A stretch of 64,000 nucleotides of DNA from assembly GCA_032128875.1 (NCBI GenBank), contig JAVLKG010000003.1, forward strand, positions 577,008-641,007. The letters run 5' to 3'. Below are positions 30,321-40,620 of this stretch, piece by piece (positions within the stretch are counted from its first letter, which is position 1; each line of letters starts with the position of its first letter). Below the pieces are notes generated by a model. That model ran no database searches. It was not told where the DNA came from and saw nothing but the letters and a program-made list of their open reading frames with translations. This stretch comes from Candidatus Melainabacteria bacterium 17Bon1m. Its GTDB lineage: Bacteria > Cyanobacteriota > Vampirovibrionia > Obscuribacterales > Obscuribacteraceae. Made by a program: the position numbers and the translations under genes.

Positions 30321-31838
30321 TTACGCTTTTGTAGCGCTTACTTTCTTTGGCTGCTCTTCGTCCATATCGGATATTTCGATATTCGATTTGTCGACTTCAG
30401 ATTTGTCGATTGGAAGAGTAAACCAAAAAGTTGCCCCTCCACCTTCTCTAGCTTTGATGCCAAGCCTGCCACCATGAGCTTCTACGATGCCCTGGCATAT
30501 TGCGAGCCCGAGACCAGCACCACTGGCACTGGATTTGTTTTTTGCGCGCACAAACTTTTGAAAAATTTGAGTGTGCATTTCCTCTGGAATTCCTGGTCCT
30601 CTATCACTCACTTCGATTGTGATAAACTCTGGTTCTGATGCGGATTGCGATGCTCTGAGTAGTAGCGGTGAATCCGGTGGGGTATATTTGAAAACGTTCT
30701 CCAAGAGATTGATCATCAGCTGTTGCAGTAAGACCGCGTCACCGGAAATCATTGGAAGATCGTCTGGAATATCTGTTTCGACCTGGCGGGATTCTAATTG
30801 TTCTTCGAAGTAAGAAATTGCGGCTCCGATGATTTCGTCGACTGGCTGTGGTTCTTTTCTGATCTCCAGGGCTCCGGACTCGACTCTGGTCATGTCCAGT
30901 AAATTGCCTACCAGTCGGTTAAGGCGGCGCGATTCGTTGAAAATCTCCCCTGCAAGTTCTTTGCACTCTTCCAAGTTGACTTCCGCGCCAGCTTCCATGA
31001 TTCCACTGGCGGCACCGGTAATAGTGGCAAGGGGTGTTCGCAAATCGTGAGAGATAGAACTCAAAAGGGAGCTACGAAGTTGCTCTGCCTTTACTTGCAC
31101 GCGAGCTTGTTCGTTCTCCGCGGACAGCCTGATGCGCTCGCAAGCTGTAGCAAGCTGTGTGGTAAACGCTTCGAGCGTGCTCAGTCTTTCCGAATCACAG
31201 TGCGCTAAGCCTTCTGAAACGTACACAAATCCGAGTGGTGCGTCGGTTGCAATCGAGCTCTTTAATGGAATTGAAACAGATTTGGAGGTGCCGGATGGCA
31301 GTTCTGGAACTTCGCCTGGTTGTGCTATGAGAACATCAACGTGCGTTTCAACCAACTCCTCAATATGCCGGCGGGCAATATCAGCGAGTGCCGCCAAGTC
31401 TCGCCCTTCGGCAAGTTCGCGGCTAAAGGAGTAAAGCAATGAGGTCTGATGTTCTTTGCGCGTAGCGAGCTCTGCTTGATCATGTGCCGCTGCCGTCAAG
31501 TTGCTAATGACTAATGCTGTCGTCAGCATCACTCCAAAGGTCAAAAGATATTGGGAGTCGGATACGGCGAAGGTGAGGTAGGGCGGGATGCAGAAGAAGT
31601 CGAAGATGCAGACGCTCATTATCGATGCCATGATTGCCGGACCCTTGCCAAACTTTATGGCAGCAATCACGACTGCCAGAATGTATAGCATTACCAGGTT
31701 TGCGGCGGCAAAGTGCGGCACAAGCAAACGCGCGATAAACGTCGCCGCCCCGACAAGCATCAGGGTGTAGAGGTACCGCATTCGGTTTTCGTGATTCATA
31801 TGATGACCCGGACCGGGCTCAATCCACCCGACGTTCAC
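30321..31838 (-). CDS. kdpD: KdpD-like sensor histidine kinase, short form (DUF4118 TM domain + HisKA + HATPase)
   Basis: ANLVMLYILAVV...FDFFCIPPYLTF, EQLRSSLLSSISHDLRTPL, NLLEN..KY, DRGPGIP, GAGLGLAIC; lacks the N-terminal KdpD and Usp domains. Confidence 0.8.
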   Translation of the reverse strand: MNVGWIEPGPGHHMNHENRMRYLYTLMLVGAATFIARLLVPHFAAANLVMLYILAVVIAAIKFGKGPAIMASIMSVCIFDFFCIPPYLTFAVSDSQYLLTFGVMLTTALVISNLTAAAHDQAELATRKEHQTSLLYSFSRELAEGRDLAALADIARRHIEELVETHVDVLIAQPGEVPELPSGTSKSVSIPLKSSIATDAPLGFVYVSEGLAHCDSERLSTLEAFTTQLATACERIRLSAENEQARVQVKAEQLRSSLLSSISHDLRTPLATITGAASGIMEAGAEVNLEECKELAGEIFNESRRLNRLVGNLLDMTRVESGALEIRKEPQPVDEIIGAAISYFEEQLESRQVETDIPDDLPMISGDAVLLQQLMINLLENVFKYTPPDSPLLLRASQSASEPEFITIEVSDRGPGIPEEMHTQIFQKFVRAKNKSSASGAGLGLAICQGIVEAHGGRLGIKAREGGGATFWFTLPIDKSEVDKSNIEISDMDEEQPKKVSATKA

Positions 31839-31842
31839 GGTT

Positions 31843-33792
31843 CTAGCCTACCAGGATTCTGGGGCGTCGCGACGGGTCGCGTTCAATTTGGCGCAAGATT
31901 TCCCGTGTAAGTGGCGCCGTTTCACCTTCTCCGAGGAAAACGAATTTGAACACATACCTTAGCGGATTGCCTTCCGTCCAACCAAAGTAGGCGTGTGGCA
32001 GAATTCCTGTCTGGTCGCGCAGGTGAAGAAGCAAGGCTGCTATGGCATTTGGGATTGCCGGACTTGAGCACCTCAAAACTCTCACCCCATCTACCTCTTC
32101 GCCGCGGACCACAAGCCGGTCTCCCACGAAATCAGAAGAGTCGCTGAGTTCGACTTCCAAAAAGATGAATTCAGCTTCTTCGAGTGTAAGTTTGTGCACT
32201 TTGCGGGTTTCTTCCTCTTTCACGCCGTACCCGAGCCCATTGGGGCGGTGTGCAAGCAAGGTAATGTGCCCGGTGTTTTTCACGGATTCGGCAATGTAGC
32301 GCAACGCCGTTGGGTCCAGCGATACTTCGCCTATTCGAAGTTCAACAGAGCGAATAGTCCGGGATATAAATGAAACGATGAGAATTGATCCGATGAAGAA
32401 TGATGCGATGTGCAAACCTTCTGGGCGCTCAATCATGTTCATGATTGATGTATAGATGAACACAAGCGTAATTACGAAAAACGCGCGCGCCTGCAATTTG
32501 TTCTTGAGTCGAACCGACAACAAAACAGCGAAGGCCGCAGATGTGATGAGCACCAACACGCCCGTAGCGTATGCGCCTGCTTGGGCGTCAACGTCGGCGC
32601 GAAAGATGAGGGTTACGGCAAAAGCAACTGCGGTGAAGAAGAGAACCAGCGGTCTGACCGCCTTTGCCCATTCTGGCGCCATGCCGAATCGAGGTAGATA
32701 TCGAGGGACTAAATTCAGCAGACCCGCCATTGCTGACGCACCGGCGAACCATAAAATAAGGATCGAGCTGATATCGTACAGCGACCCGAAGCCGTGTCCG
32801 AAATAGAGATGCGCGAGGTAAGCGATTGCACGACCGTTTGCTTCGCCGCCATCGAGAAAGGCCTTCTCCGGGATTAGCAGAGTTGTGCAGAGCGAACTGA
32901 CAAGAAGGAATCCGCTCATAATCAGCGCTGCTGTGACGAGCAGTTTGCGAGTGTTCTTCACCCTGCTCTCGAGCATGCTGTCAGTATCGCTCGCAGTATT
33001 GTCGCTTTTTACGAGCGGCATCACGGCCACACCAGTTTCGAATCCAGACATTCCCAAAGCTAGTTTTGGAAATAGAATCAGGCTAATTCCTATCATCATC
33101 CATGGTGAGCCATGTTGCACAAATAGCTTGTTTTGCCATTGTGTAATTAGCTGCGGATTCATAAATAAGTGATGCAGGCTTTCACCTAGAACCACAATAT
33201 TGAGCACCAGATATAGTGCTACAACGGCGACAGAAACACCGATCGCCTCACGAAATCCCAGCAAAAATATACCGCCGAGGATGGCAATCAGTAGGGTCGT
33301 AACGCCCACTCTGTCAAGCATCCAGGTAGGGAACATTTTCAAAACCGGATTTTCAACAATGTGCGCAGTGGCGTCAGCCGCCGATAGGGTAATAGTGATA
33401 ATGAAATCTGTAGCTGCAAATCCAAGCAATGTTAGAACAAGCGCTTTACCAAACCACCCTGGCAAGAGTCGCTCAAGCATTGCGATTGAGCCCTGCCCGT
33501 GTGGGCTTGCTTTGGCGACCATTCTATAAATCGGCAACGCGCCCGCCAGGGTCACAACGACGAGTACGAGTGTGGCGATTGGCGACAGCAGACCTGCGGC
33601 AATAAATGCAATGCCCGGCTGGTATCCGAGCGTGGAGAAATAGTCCACGCCGGTGAGGCACATCACCTTCCACCAGCTGGCTTGATGGTGCGCCTCTTGC
33701 TTTTTGTCACTCATTCCTTGAAACAGCCAACGCCGGAACTTGTTGCGAGTGTCAGTGGCGCGGTGTTCTTCAACTATGAATGTTGATGTCAT
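31843..33792 (-). CDS. APC-superfamily transporter (possible K+ or amino-acid transporter)
   Basis: ~11-12 TM helices, [22 protein letters not shown]-terminal soluble domain. ATG 33792 is preferred over TTG 33852. Confidence 0.8.
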   Translation of the reverse strand: MTSTFIVEEHRATDTRNKFRRWLFQGMSDKKQEAHHQASWWKVMCLTGVDYFSTLGYQPGIAFIAAGLLSPIATLVLVVVTLAGALPIYRMVAKASPHGQGSIAMLERLLPGWFGKALVLTLLGFAATDFIITITLSAADATAHIVENPVLKMFPTWMLDRVGVTTLLIAILGGIFLLGFREAIGVSVAVVALYLVLNIVVLGESLHHLFMNPQLITQWQNKLFVQHGSPWMMIGISLILFPKLALGMSGFETGVAVMPLVKSDNTASDTDSMLESRVKNTRKLLVTAALIMSGFLLVSSLCTTLLIPEKAFLDGGEANGRAIAYLAHLYFGHGFGSLYDISSILILWFAGASAMAGLLNLVPRYLPRFGMAPEWAKAVRPLVLFFTAVAFAVTLIFRADVDAQAGAYATGVLVLITSAAFAVLLSVRLKNKLQARAFFVITLVFIYTSIMNMIERPEGLHIASFFIGSILIVSFISRTIRSVELRIGEVSLDPTALRYIAESVKNTGHITLLAHRPNGLGYGVKEEETRKVHKLTLEEAEFIFLEVELSDSSDFVGDRLVVRGEEVDGVRVLRCSSPAIPNAIAALLLHLRDQTGILPHAYFGWTEGNPLRYVFKFVFLGEGETAPLTREILRQIERDPSRRPRILVG

Positions 33793-33854
33793 TTTGGGTT
33801 GCCTTGGACTGCTCTTGCAGGCAGTCGCCTGGGTCTTTATCAAACCGCTCAACC

Positions 33855-33903
33855 CATAAAAAACTCATCAGTGGCTATAAAATGTGCATCAAAATTTCAT
33901 AAA
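33855..33903 (-). promoter_or_regulatory. Five direct-repeat half-sites with 10-11 bp period; candidate KdpE (OmpR-family) binding array
   Basis: Minus strand TTTATG-N5-TTGATG-N5-TTTATA-N4-CTGATG-N5-TTTATG, upstream of the transporter-kdpD-kdpE operon. Confidence 0.6.
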
Positions 33904-34005
33904 GATTTTTCAGTGGAAGTCTCGAAAAGCCCCGGCTCTGCCTGCTTTCGTTGAAGCCTGATTTGATTTGCGCGTTAATGTGTTCATCAAGATGAAGAAC
34001 CCTGC

Positions 34006-34034
34006 AAAGAAAAAACCAGCGCAAAACGCGCTGG
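34006..34034 (-). terminator. Intrinsic terminator of the rhodanese/small Cys protein operon
   Basis: CCAGCGC-N5-GCGCTGG (34016-34034), followed by TTTTTTCTTT on the minus strand. Confidence 0.75.
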
Positions 34035-34075
34035 CTTTCTCAATTATTCAATCCCACGTAGATGGGTTTGTAAGC

Positions 34076-34309
34076 CTACTTTGAGGTCTTTTCTGCTTCA
34101 GCCGGTTTGGAAGCGTCTGCAGCTTTTGCTACTTCAGCTTTATCTTCGCCTTTGGCTTCAGCTTTGGCTTTGTCTTTGCAGCAATCTTCAGTTGCTTCGG
34201 CTTTCTGCTTTTTGGAGCAGCATCCTTCGCCAGCTACTGCCGGAAGAACGGATGTGCCAACAAATGCGACTGCCAAAAGACTCAAAAGGGTTACATTGAC
34301 TTTCTTCAT
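34076..34309 (-). CDS. Small secreted protein with two CC pairs
   Basis: Signal peptide MKKVNVTLLSLLAVAFVGTSVLPAVA, GGAG SD, EGCCSK...DCCKDK. Confidence 0.8.
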   Translation of the reverse strand: MKKVNVTLLSLLAVAFVGTSVLPAVAGEGCCSKKQKAEATEDCCKDKAKAEAKGEDKAEVAKAADASKPAEAEKTSK

Positions 34310-34328
34310 GGACTTCTCCTGTTACCGA

Positions 34329-34742
34329 TTAACCACCGCAGCAAGAGCCCGCTTTGTGGGTTTGGCCTTCGCCTTCGATCTTGAGATCGCGCTCAGCCCA
34401 GCTGTCAAAACCGCCTACGAGCTCTCTGACCTTATAGCCCTTTTTGGCGAGCTCAAGAGCTGCCTGGGCTGAAAGGTGGCAAACGATGTCGTAGCAATAT
34501 ACGACTGTCGTTGTGTCCTTAGACAGTTTATCCAAGTTCTTGTCAAGTTCTTCGAATTTCAGGTTGATTGCGCCTGGAATGTGACCTTTCGCAAAGAGTT
34601 CAGGAGTGCGCAGGTCGACGATGGTCAACTTTTCGCCTCTTTCGATGGCCATTTTCAGACCGATAGGACCATATTCATAAGCCAGTTTTGCTTCGAAATA
34701 TGCTGCTGCGTCAACGATTTTGCTAGGTGCTTCAACGGCCAT
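34329..34742 (-). CDS. Rhodanese-like domain protein
   Basis: IVDLR...FAKGHIPGAIN, VVYCYDIVC, ELVGGFDSW; C-terminal GSCCGG. Confidence 0.88.
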   Translation of the reverse strand: MAVEAPSKIVDAAAYFEAKLAYEYGPIGLKMAIERGEKLTIVDLRTPELFAKGHIPGAINLKFEELDKNLDKLSKDTTTVVYCYDIVCHLSAQAALELAKKGYKVRELVGGFDSWAERDLKIEGEGQTHKAGSCCGG

Positions 34743-34890
34743 AGACCCTCCTTACACGATGGGACACATCGCGGTGGTGAATTAAAACTGCAACTGACCA
34801 CAATGGTAGTTTTTTACAGTGCGTTTTCGCAAGTAGGCACCGGAATGTAGTGTAGTATGCGTTGGGATACCACCCTTGCAGCCCAACTTG

Positions 34891-37830
34891 CTAGTACCAG
34901 CTTTTTCTGCTGAGACTTAGTTCTGGAGCGGCAAGAGGCTTCAATTCCAGCCTTAGATTGCTGACCGATAATGGTACTAGATCGGATGAGATTTTGATCA
35001 TCGCCACCGCAGAATCTCGATCTATAACGTGGGAGCGGGCGATTGCTTCCGTGCGGAACTGTCGCTTGCCCGTCCCTGGGATTCGTGCCGGATGGCAGGC
35101 TAGACTTTCGGCCGCTTGCATCAAACGAAGATCATTGAGGTGCATACTGGCGTCAATGGAGCTCGCGCAATCGACTTCACCGGTAAGTGTGATGCGCACA
35201 AAGCGTTCTTGCAATACTGTTGCCGGCAATTTGGCTACGCCGGTGAAGGTGGTGCTGCTCTCTTCTAGTTTTGCGCCACGTCGAACTTTGGACCGGCGCT
35301 CCGTTGAAGGATTTTGGCTGATGCTTACATATATAGGGTGGTAGTCGGAAGTTGATCCGCTAGCCCGCGCGTTCTCTTTTCCATCCATTGCCTGACCGGC
35401 AAGCAAGAACATATGGTATTGCCCGCTTTGTGTCCCCATCTCCGAGGATAGGTCCTTGTTGACACTGCCGTTGGTTTTTCGCACGGATGTTGCGCGAGCC
35501 ACTGATTGAGGCATTCTTTCTTTCAGCCTGGGCTCCATCGCAAAGGGAGATCTGCAGAGATTTGTCGGCGAGAAGATGTTGACGGATGGTGCCGAAATGA
35601 ATGTCGAATTTGGCTTCTTTGTCTTGTCACCATATGTGGTGCTGCCCGTGAGCCTGGCGGATCCACTCATTCCTTTTTCTGCAAAGAGCGCAATCGTATT
35701 TTGTGCGCCTGGTCTTAACGACCCGGGCTGAATTGCAAATGCCCGCCACTGATCGATTCCATCTGTTTCAGTCCTCAGAATATAACCGAAAGTTCGATAA
35801 TCATTGCTGAGGTCTGGAGAAGAACTCAATTGCAGCAGCGAAAGTGGTGCCGCATCGATTAACTTCTCATTGACTTTGAGCCGCGCGCCTCGCCAATCAC
35901 CCTTCAGGTTTACGAGCACGAACGCCTGTTCTGATGAATCAATAGAATCTGGCAAATCGATTATGCGAACAAACTCTTCTTTGTCACTGAGCCGAGCTTC
36001 CCAGTCCCAGGGACATTCTTTACCCGCCATCCCAGCTGCCAGAGAGAGTGTCAAAAGAAAGTAGGTACAAACGAGAGCCAGAACTTTTGCAGTCGTGTTT
36101 GATTTGCCCGAACCTAGCAGTGTGCGGACAGTAAGAAGGCAACCGATGAATAGAAGCAGCGCACCAAGAGACAGTGTCGATGCAATCATTGCTTCTGTGC
36201 TGGTAGCGAAGAGACCTCGCCAGACATCTTCCTTTAGGGTGAAAGCGATCATGATAAAAACAGCAGCAATGCTTAGCCTGAAAATGGCTAGTTTGCTGAT
36301 TCGCTGTTTTAGCTGACCTGATAAGCACCACAAGGCAAACAAAATTAGAGACGGCAGTGCTGTGAATCCATAACGACTATCAGCTACGAAGGGCAGATAG
36401 GCAGCGTGTCCGCAAATGATCGCAAGTGCTGCTAAACCGACAACAAGCGTAGAGAGCAAACTGGGTGTTGCAGTGGTTAAATCTGTTTTGGCATCCTTTC
36501 CCCTGCCGTTAGTTGCTGGGAGCAGCTCTGGATGCGGTTGTTTTGAGATTTGCGCTTCTGTGTCAGCGCTACTTCCACCGCTAGTTTCACCAATAGCTTT
36601 GTGAGCGTCTGTTTCTAACTGTGCGGCTGATTCAGGAGCAAATGTTTTACTAAGCGGTAGCGATATAAAAGCGAGTAAGCCGAAAAGACCAAAGACCGTG
36701 AGTATTTGGTGGGCAAACACCTGTACGCCGAGCGGGATACCGAGGAAATCGAGGCGGCAGTCATTCCAGGGAAACTGGAACAACCTCAGCGGTTTTCTAG
36801 CCATGCGCCCCCAGAAATCGCCTGGGTTCAAGTTGTAGATTGCGTATGCAACAGCTCCCGTTCCATCACTTTCAGAGAACATCTTCACCAGCGGTGTTTC
36901 AGGCAAAGCGCTCAATCCATCTGTCTCCGGGTTTAGACCGGCAGCTATGTTGTATGTAGGTAGTCGTTTGGCAGTCAGCGCAAACTCGCCGGTCGCCAGT
37001 TTTGTGAATATCAACCATGGAGTGAAGGCAAGGCAAAAGCCGAGGGCTGCTGCAACAAGCGAGGTGACGAATGAGCGTCGATCGACTCGCGATAAAAGGA
37101 TAATAGTAAAAACAGCCAATAGGGCGAGCACCGCTCCTGGTGCCAAGGCTGCTTTTACCAAAGCGAGTAAAGCGACTGAGCTTCCGAAGAAAAATGCAGC
37201 GAGTCCTGAGACTATCAGCTTTCCGTTGATGCGTGCTTTTGGCAGATAGCTGGCGCAAAGCAAGATTACACCAACCAACAGTATGGTAATTGTCTCTGTT
37301 AAAAAACGTCCTGCGCCAATAATCGCCGAGGGCCAAACAGCTAAGACAATTCCCGCGGACAGTCCAATCGCGCGTCTGCCGGTAAATCTCCAGCCGTCGA
37401 GAGCTAACACTGCCGCGCCAATGCCGTGAATGATTGCCTGAAAGACAATGGGAGCGCGTAAATCAATGAGGGAAGGCTCTCTGCCTGTGAGCGCGAAAAA
37501 TGCAGCGCCCAGTCCGGGCAGGATTGGTCCGTTCAGCATAAGTGTTTCACTTATGGATTTGATCGCTGTTTCAAAAGGCATGCCGTTGGCAAAATTGTGG
37601 GCTGCTGTCAGCACGTACTTGCAAGACATAATGTATGCGCCCGAATCGAAAAGCATCGCCACGTCCTGAGCGGGTTTTCGCGTGTTTTGCAAGTATGCGA
37701 GTGTAAAGCCAATGACAAAACAGCCCGCTGCGGCAAGCAAAGCAATTTCTTTTGCACTCAATTTGGCTTGCGGTTCGTCAGTTGTCGCTAACTGAGTCGC
37801 TTCCTCAATACCCGGCAGATTTTCATTCAT
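34891..37830 (-). CDS. Large polytopic membrane protein, GT-C (ArnT/PMT-like) glycosyltransferase candidate
   Basis: Loop motif LFDSGAY after TM1, GPILP, RFLTETI, LVKAAL, DSRYGF; >12 TM helices and a C-terminal soluble domain. Confidence 0.65.
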   Translation of the reverse strand: MNENLPGIEEATQLATTDEPQAKLSAKEIALLAAAGCFVIGFTLAYLQNTRKPAQDVAMLFDSGAYIMSCKYVLTAAHNFANGMPFETAIKSISETLMLNGPILPGLGAAFFALTGREPSLIDLRAPIVFQAIIHGIGAAVLALDGWRFTGRRAIGLSAGIVLAVWPSAIIGAGRFLTETITILLVGVILLCASYLPKARINGKLIVSGLAAFFFGSSVALLALVKAALAPGAVLALLAVFTIILLSRVDRRSFVTSLVAAALGFCLAFTPWLIFTKLATGEFALTAKRLPTYNIAAGLNPETDGLSALPETPLVKMFSESDGTGAVAYAIYNLNPGDFWGRMARKPLRLFQFPWNDCRLDFLGIPLGVQVFAHQILTVFGLFGLLAFISLPLSKTFAPESAAQLETDAHKAIGETSGGSSADTEAQISKQPHPELLPATNGRGKDAKTDLTTATPSLLSTLVVGLAALAIICGHAAYLPFVADSRYGFTALPSLILFALWCLSGQLKQRISKLAIFRLSIAAVFIMIAFTLKEDVWRGLFATSTEAMIASTLSLGALLLFIGCLLTVRTLLGSGKSNTTAKVLALVCTYFLLTLSLAAGMAGKECPWDWEARLSDKEEFVRIIDLPDSIDSSEQAFVLVNLKGDWRGARLKVNEKLIDAAPLSLLQLSSSPDLSNDYRTFGYILRTETDGIDQWRAFAIQPGSLRPGAQNTIALFAEKGMSGSARLTGSTTYGDKTKKPNSTFISAPSVNIFSPTNLCRSPFAMEPRLKERMPQSVARATSVRKTNGSVNKDLSSEMGTQSGQYHMFLLAGQAMDGKENARASGSTSDYHPIYVSISQNPSTERRSKVRRGAKLEESSTTFTGVAKLPATVLQERFVRITLTGEVDCASSIDASMHLNDLRLMQAAESLACHPARIPGTGKRQFRTEAIARSHVIDRDSAVAMIKISSDLVPLSVSNLRLELKPLAAPELSLSRKSWY

Positions 37831-37838
37831 TTTTTCTG

Positions 37839-39029
37839 CTAGTGAGTCGTGGTCAGAGCGCTGCCGACCGAGTGATTGAGCGCTAATTCACTGCTGAGGA
37901 GTCTGAAAAACTCAACGCCCCCTAAGCCATTCAGGTGGACAGTGTCAGCGAAATGTTTTTGCTCGAAAGCATTTGGTTTGTTCAAATCGAGAAAGTCAGC
38001 ATCATTGGCTGCAGCCATCGCGCCAACTTTGTTTTTGAACTCGTTGTAAAAGCCCGGCGGCATCAGCGCCACATTACCTGGCGTAAGCGGCATGTTTACC
38101 ACTACCAGTCGAATCCCGCGCTCTTTTGCGAGTTTCATCAGTTTTTCCAAATAGCCAAGTTGGCTCGTGTAAGTCTTCTGTTTTATGTGCGCATAACGTT
38201 GGCGATATTCCGCAGTGTTATCTCGAAATGGTTCGAATTCAGAGCCGTATGGAGCAATCTTCAATTCATTCGAGCCGCTGTCATCAGGCATTTCGCTATA
38301 GGCTATCTTCCGCAGTTCGAATGGCGTGCACAACTCATTTTTTGTGATTGCATTCTGTCCATAAGGAGCTAGCGTGTATGCGATTTTGTGTTGCCAGGCA
38401 AGTAGATTTGGACGTCGAGACAAGGTGTAAATGACCTTTTCCAAGCCGAATTGGAAGAGTTCGTTGAAGGAGCTTCGCGCGGATACCGCGATATCAGACA
38501 AATCATCAATTCTGCTCAGGTACTTAAAAGTCTCAGTACTGGCTGCGCTTGGAAGGGTGTTGTCCATCAAATCTCGAGGCGCGATGCCATAAATAATGAC
38601 TTTCGGCTGTTTGGGTCCGACTAGAAGCGAACGCGCGATTAGATAAGAATCTGACGCCATCTGTCCGGCGATAGCGAAGCTGAAAGTGGAAGGCTTTTGC
38701 CCGGTCTTCTCGCTAAGAAAGTCTTGGAGACAGGTTGAGTGAAAATGACTGACTTCGCTTTGAACTTTGTTGAGCTTGGTGGCATCGCCTGCGTGGTGAG
38801 CGGTCATCATAAGCGAGGAGCCCAGTAGCGCAATGTCGGGTGCAGTATTTTCATTTGCAAACCCATTTACCGTCCACCAAATCAGGCTTCGATTGGGCGA
38901 ATCCAGTGGATTTGTAATATGAAAAGTCTTGTCCGCAAGTCGAAATCCCAAATCCAAAACAAGCAACATCACCAATCCCAGCAAAACATAACTGGAGAGG
39001 AATGCCTTAGCTCGGAAGTTTTTTACCAT
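37839..39029 (-). CDS. SGNH/DltD-like (DUF1574-like) acyltransferase partner
   Basis: N-terminal TM, LLGSSL block I, VVNMP, FADTVHLN (DxxH); directly follows the MBOAT gene. Confidence 0.75.
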   Translation of the reverse strand: MVKNFRAKAFLSSYVLLGLVMLLVLDLGFRLADKTFHITNPLDSPNRSLIWWTVNGFANENTAPDIALLGSSLMMTAHHAGDATKLNKVQSEVSHFHSTCLQDFLSEKTGQKPSTFSFAIAGQMASDSYLIARSLLVGPKQPKVIIYGIAPRDLMDNTLPSAASTETFKYLSRIDDLSDIAVSARSSFNELFQFGLEKVIYTLSRRPNLLAWQHKIAYTLAPYGQNAITKNELCTPFELRKIAYSEMPDDSGSNELKIAPYGSEFEPFRDNTAEYRQRYAHIKQKTYTSQLGYLEKLMKLAKERGIRLVVVNMPLTPGNVALMPPGFYNEFKNKVGAMAAANDADFLDLNKPNAFEQKHFADTVHLNGLGGVEFFRLLSSELALNHSVGSALTTTH

Positions 39030-39033
39030 TGAT

Positions 39034-40500
39034 TTAGAACTGGAAGTAAATGAATTTTGGAGATTTGTCCGGTGAAAAAACCAGAATCATAAGCATCAAA
39101 GCGCAGCACCATGCCGCTTTGACTAGACGAGGAGAGTTTTCCACCCACTTCGTTTTATCAACATAGCCCATGATGATGTGCGAAAGAGCCAGCACTGGAA
39201 GCAGCAAGAATATTGCAGGGTAGATAAGCGGATAGTTGATTGCCGGAAGTGCCATTGCAAAGGCAGGAGCGTTGCCGGCAATCGAATCGATGAAAAACAG
39301 CTTGCGCAGCATATCTCCAGCAATAGTCAGAGTGTCGGCACGGAAAAGAACCCAGCCGATGCAGACTACATGGAAGGTAAACAACGTCGAAAGTACTGTG
39401 CCGACTTTTGAATCTATTGCTGCGGAAAGCCACCCGTGCCCGCGATCTGCAAGCCAGGTCCTTCCTTCTTTGAACATCTTGTGCAGCCCCAGCATAGCCC
39501 CGTGGAACACTCCCCATATAAGGAAGTGCATGGAAGCTCCGTGCCAAAGTCCGCCCAAGCTCATGGTGATCATGAGGTTGCGATAGACATTCCAGCGAGA
39601 GCCTCGAGAACCGCCCAGCGGAATGAAAAGATAATCGCGCAGCCAGGTCGAGAGGGAAATATGCCAGCGGTGCCAAAACTCTGCGATATTTTTCGCGAGA
39701 TACGGCAAGTTGAAGTTGATCGGTACTTTGTAGCCGAACAACATCGCTGAGCCGCGAGCAATATCCGTATAACCGGAGAAATCGAAGTAGATTTGAAACG
39801 CGAATGCGTATGTGAAAATCCAGAGATCAAGGCTATTGAAGAGTTCTGGGTGTTGAAACCCGCCTTGAACAAAGAACGCCAGATTGTCTGCAAGCAATAC
39901 CTTTTTGAAGAGTCCAAGTAAAATCAATGAAACGCCGGAATCGAGATCCTTTATAGAAAACTTGGCCGGCGAGAGAAATTGCGGGATGAAGTCCTGAAAT
40001 CGCTTAATCGGTCCTGCAATTTGTGTGGGGAAAAAGCTTGCGAATAGTGAGAATGCGAGGAATGACTTAATTGGCTCGCTGCCTCTATAAACGTCGACAA
40101 CGTAGTGGATAAACTCGAAGACGAAGAATGAAATACCCAAGGGCAAGATAATGTCGAATGGCATCGCCGGCGGTGCCATTCCAATCGGCTTCAGTGCAGA
40201 AATCAATACGTCGTTTAGGAAGTATGCGTACTTGAAGAAGCTCAGAGTTAAGAGGTTTGTCGCGACAGCCGCGAAGAGCCAGGGCTTTTTGTTCTTCTCT
40301 GACTTATGGATCCTGAAACCAAAGAAGTAATTTACTGCCGTGAGTCCAATGATAAGCAGGATAAATGCTGGTCTCCAGCTCATGTAGAAGATGTAGCTGG
40401 CAATCAACAAAATCGGCACGCGCAGCTTTATTGGGCTCGCCCAGTAGAGTGCGACAACGATTGGCAAGAAAAGCGCGTAAGTCAGCGAATTGAATAACAT
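39034..40500 (-). CDS. MBOAT family O-acyltransferase (AlgI/DltB/PatA-like)
   Basis: MLFNS start, LPLGISFFVF, FFPTQIAGPI, QIYFDFSGYTDIA, EFWHRWHISLSTWLRDYLFIPLGG, GLWHGA. Confidence 0.93.
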   Translation of the reverse strand: MLFNSLTYALFLPIVVALYWASPIKLRVPILLIASYIFYMSWRPAFILLIIGLTAVNYFFGFRIHKSEKNKKPWLFAAVATNLLTLSFFKYAYFLNDVLISALKPIGMAPPAMPFDIILPLGISFFVFEFIHYVVDVYRGSEPIKSFLAFSLFASFFPTQIAGPIKRFQDFIPQFLSPAKFSIKDLDSGVSLILLGLFKKVLLADNLAFFVQGGFQHPELFNSLDLWIFTYAFAFQIYFDFSGYTDIARGSAMLFGYKVPINFNLPYLAKNIAEFWHRWHISLSTWLRDYLFIPLGGSRGSRWNVYRNLMITMSLGGLWHGASMHFLIWGVFHGAMLGLHKMFKEGRTWLADRGHGWLSAAIDSKVGTVLSTLFTFHVVCIGWVLFRADTLTIAGDMLRKLFFIDSIAGNAPAFAMALPAINYPLIYPAIFLLLPVLALSHIIMGYVDKTKWVENSPRLVKAAWCCALMLMILVFSPDKSPKFIYFQF

Positions 40501-40581
40501 TTGAATCCTGGAAAAACGTGCATTTGGGATTCCAAAACTTGTCAATAATACTTGGGACAGGCTCTGCGGTCCTTAATCACA

Positions 40582-40620
40582 GCAAAGCAAAAGACCCGGC
40601 GATCCTAAGGGCCGGGTCTT
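40582..40620 (-). terminator. Hairpin/terminator candidate
   Basis: Perfect 10-bp stem AAGACCCGGC-N10-GCCGGGTCTT (40591-40620), followed by TTGCTTTG on the minus strand. Confidence 0.6.
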
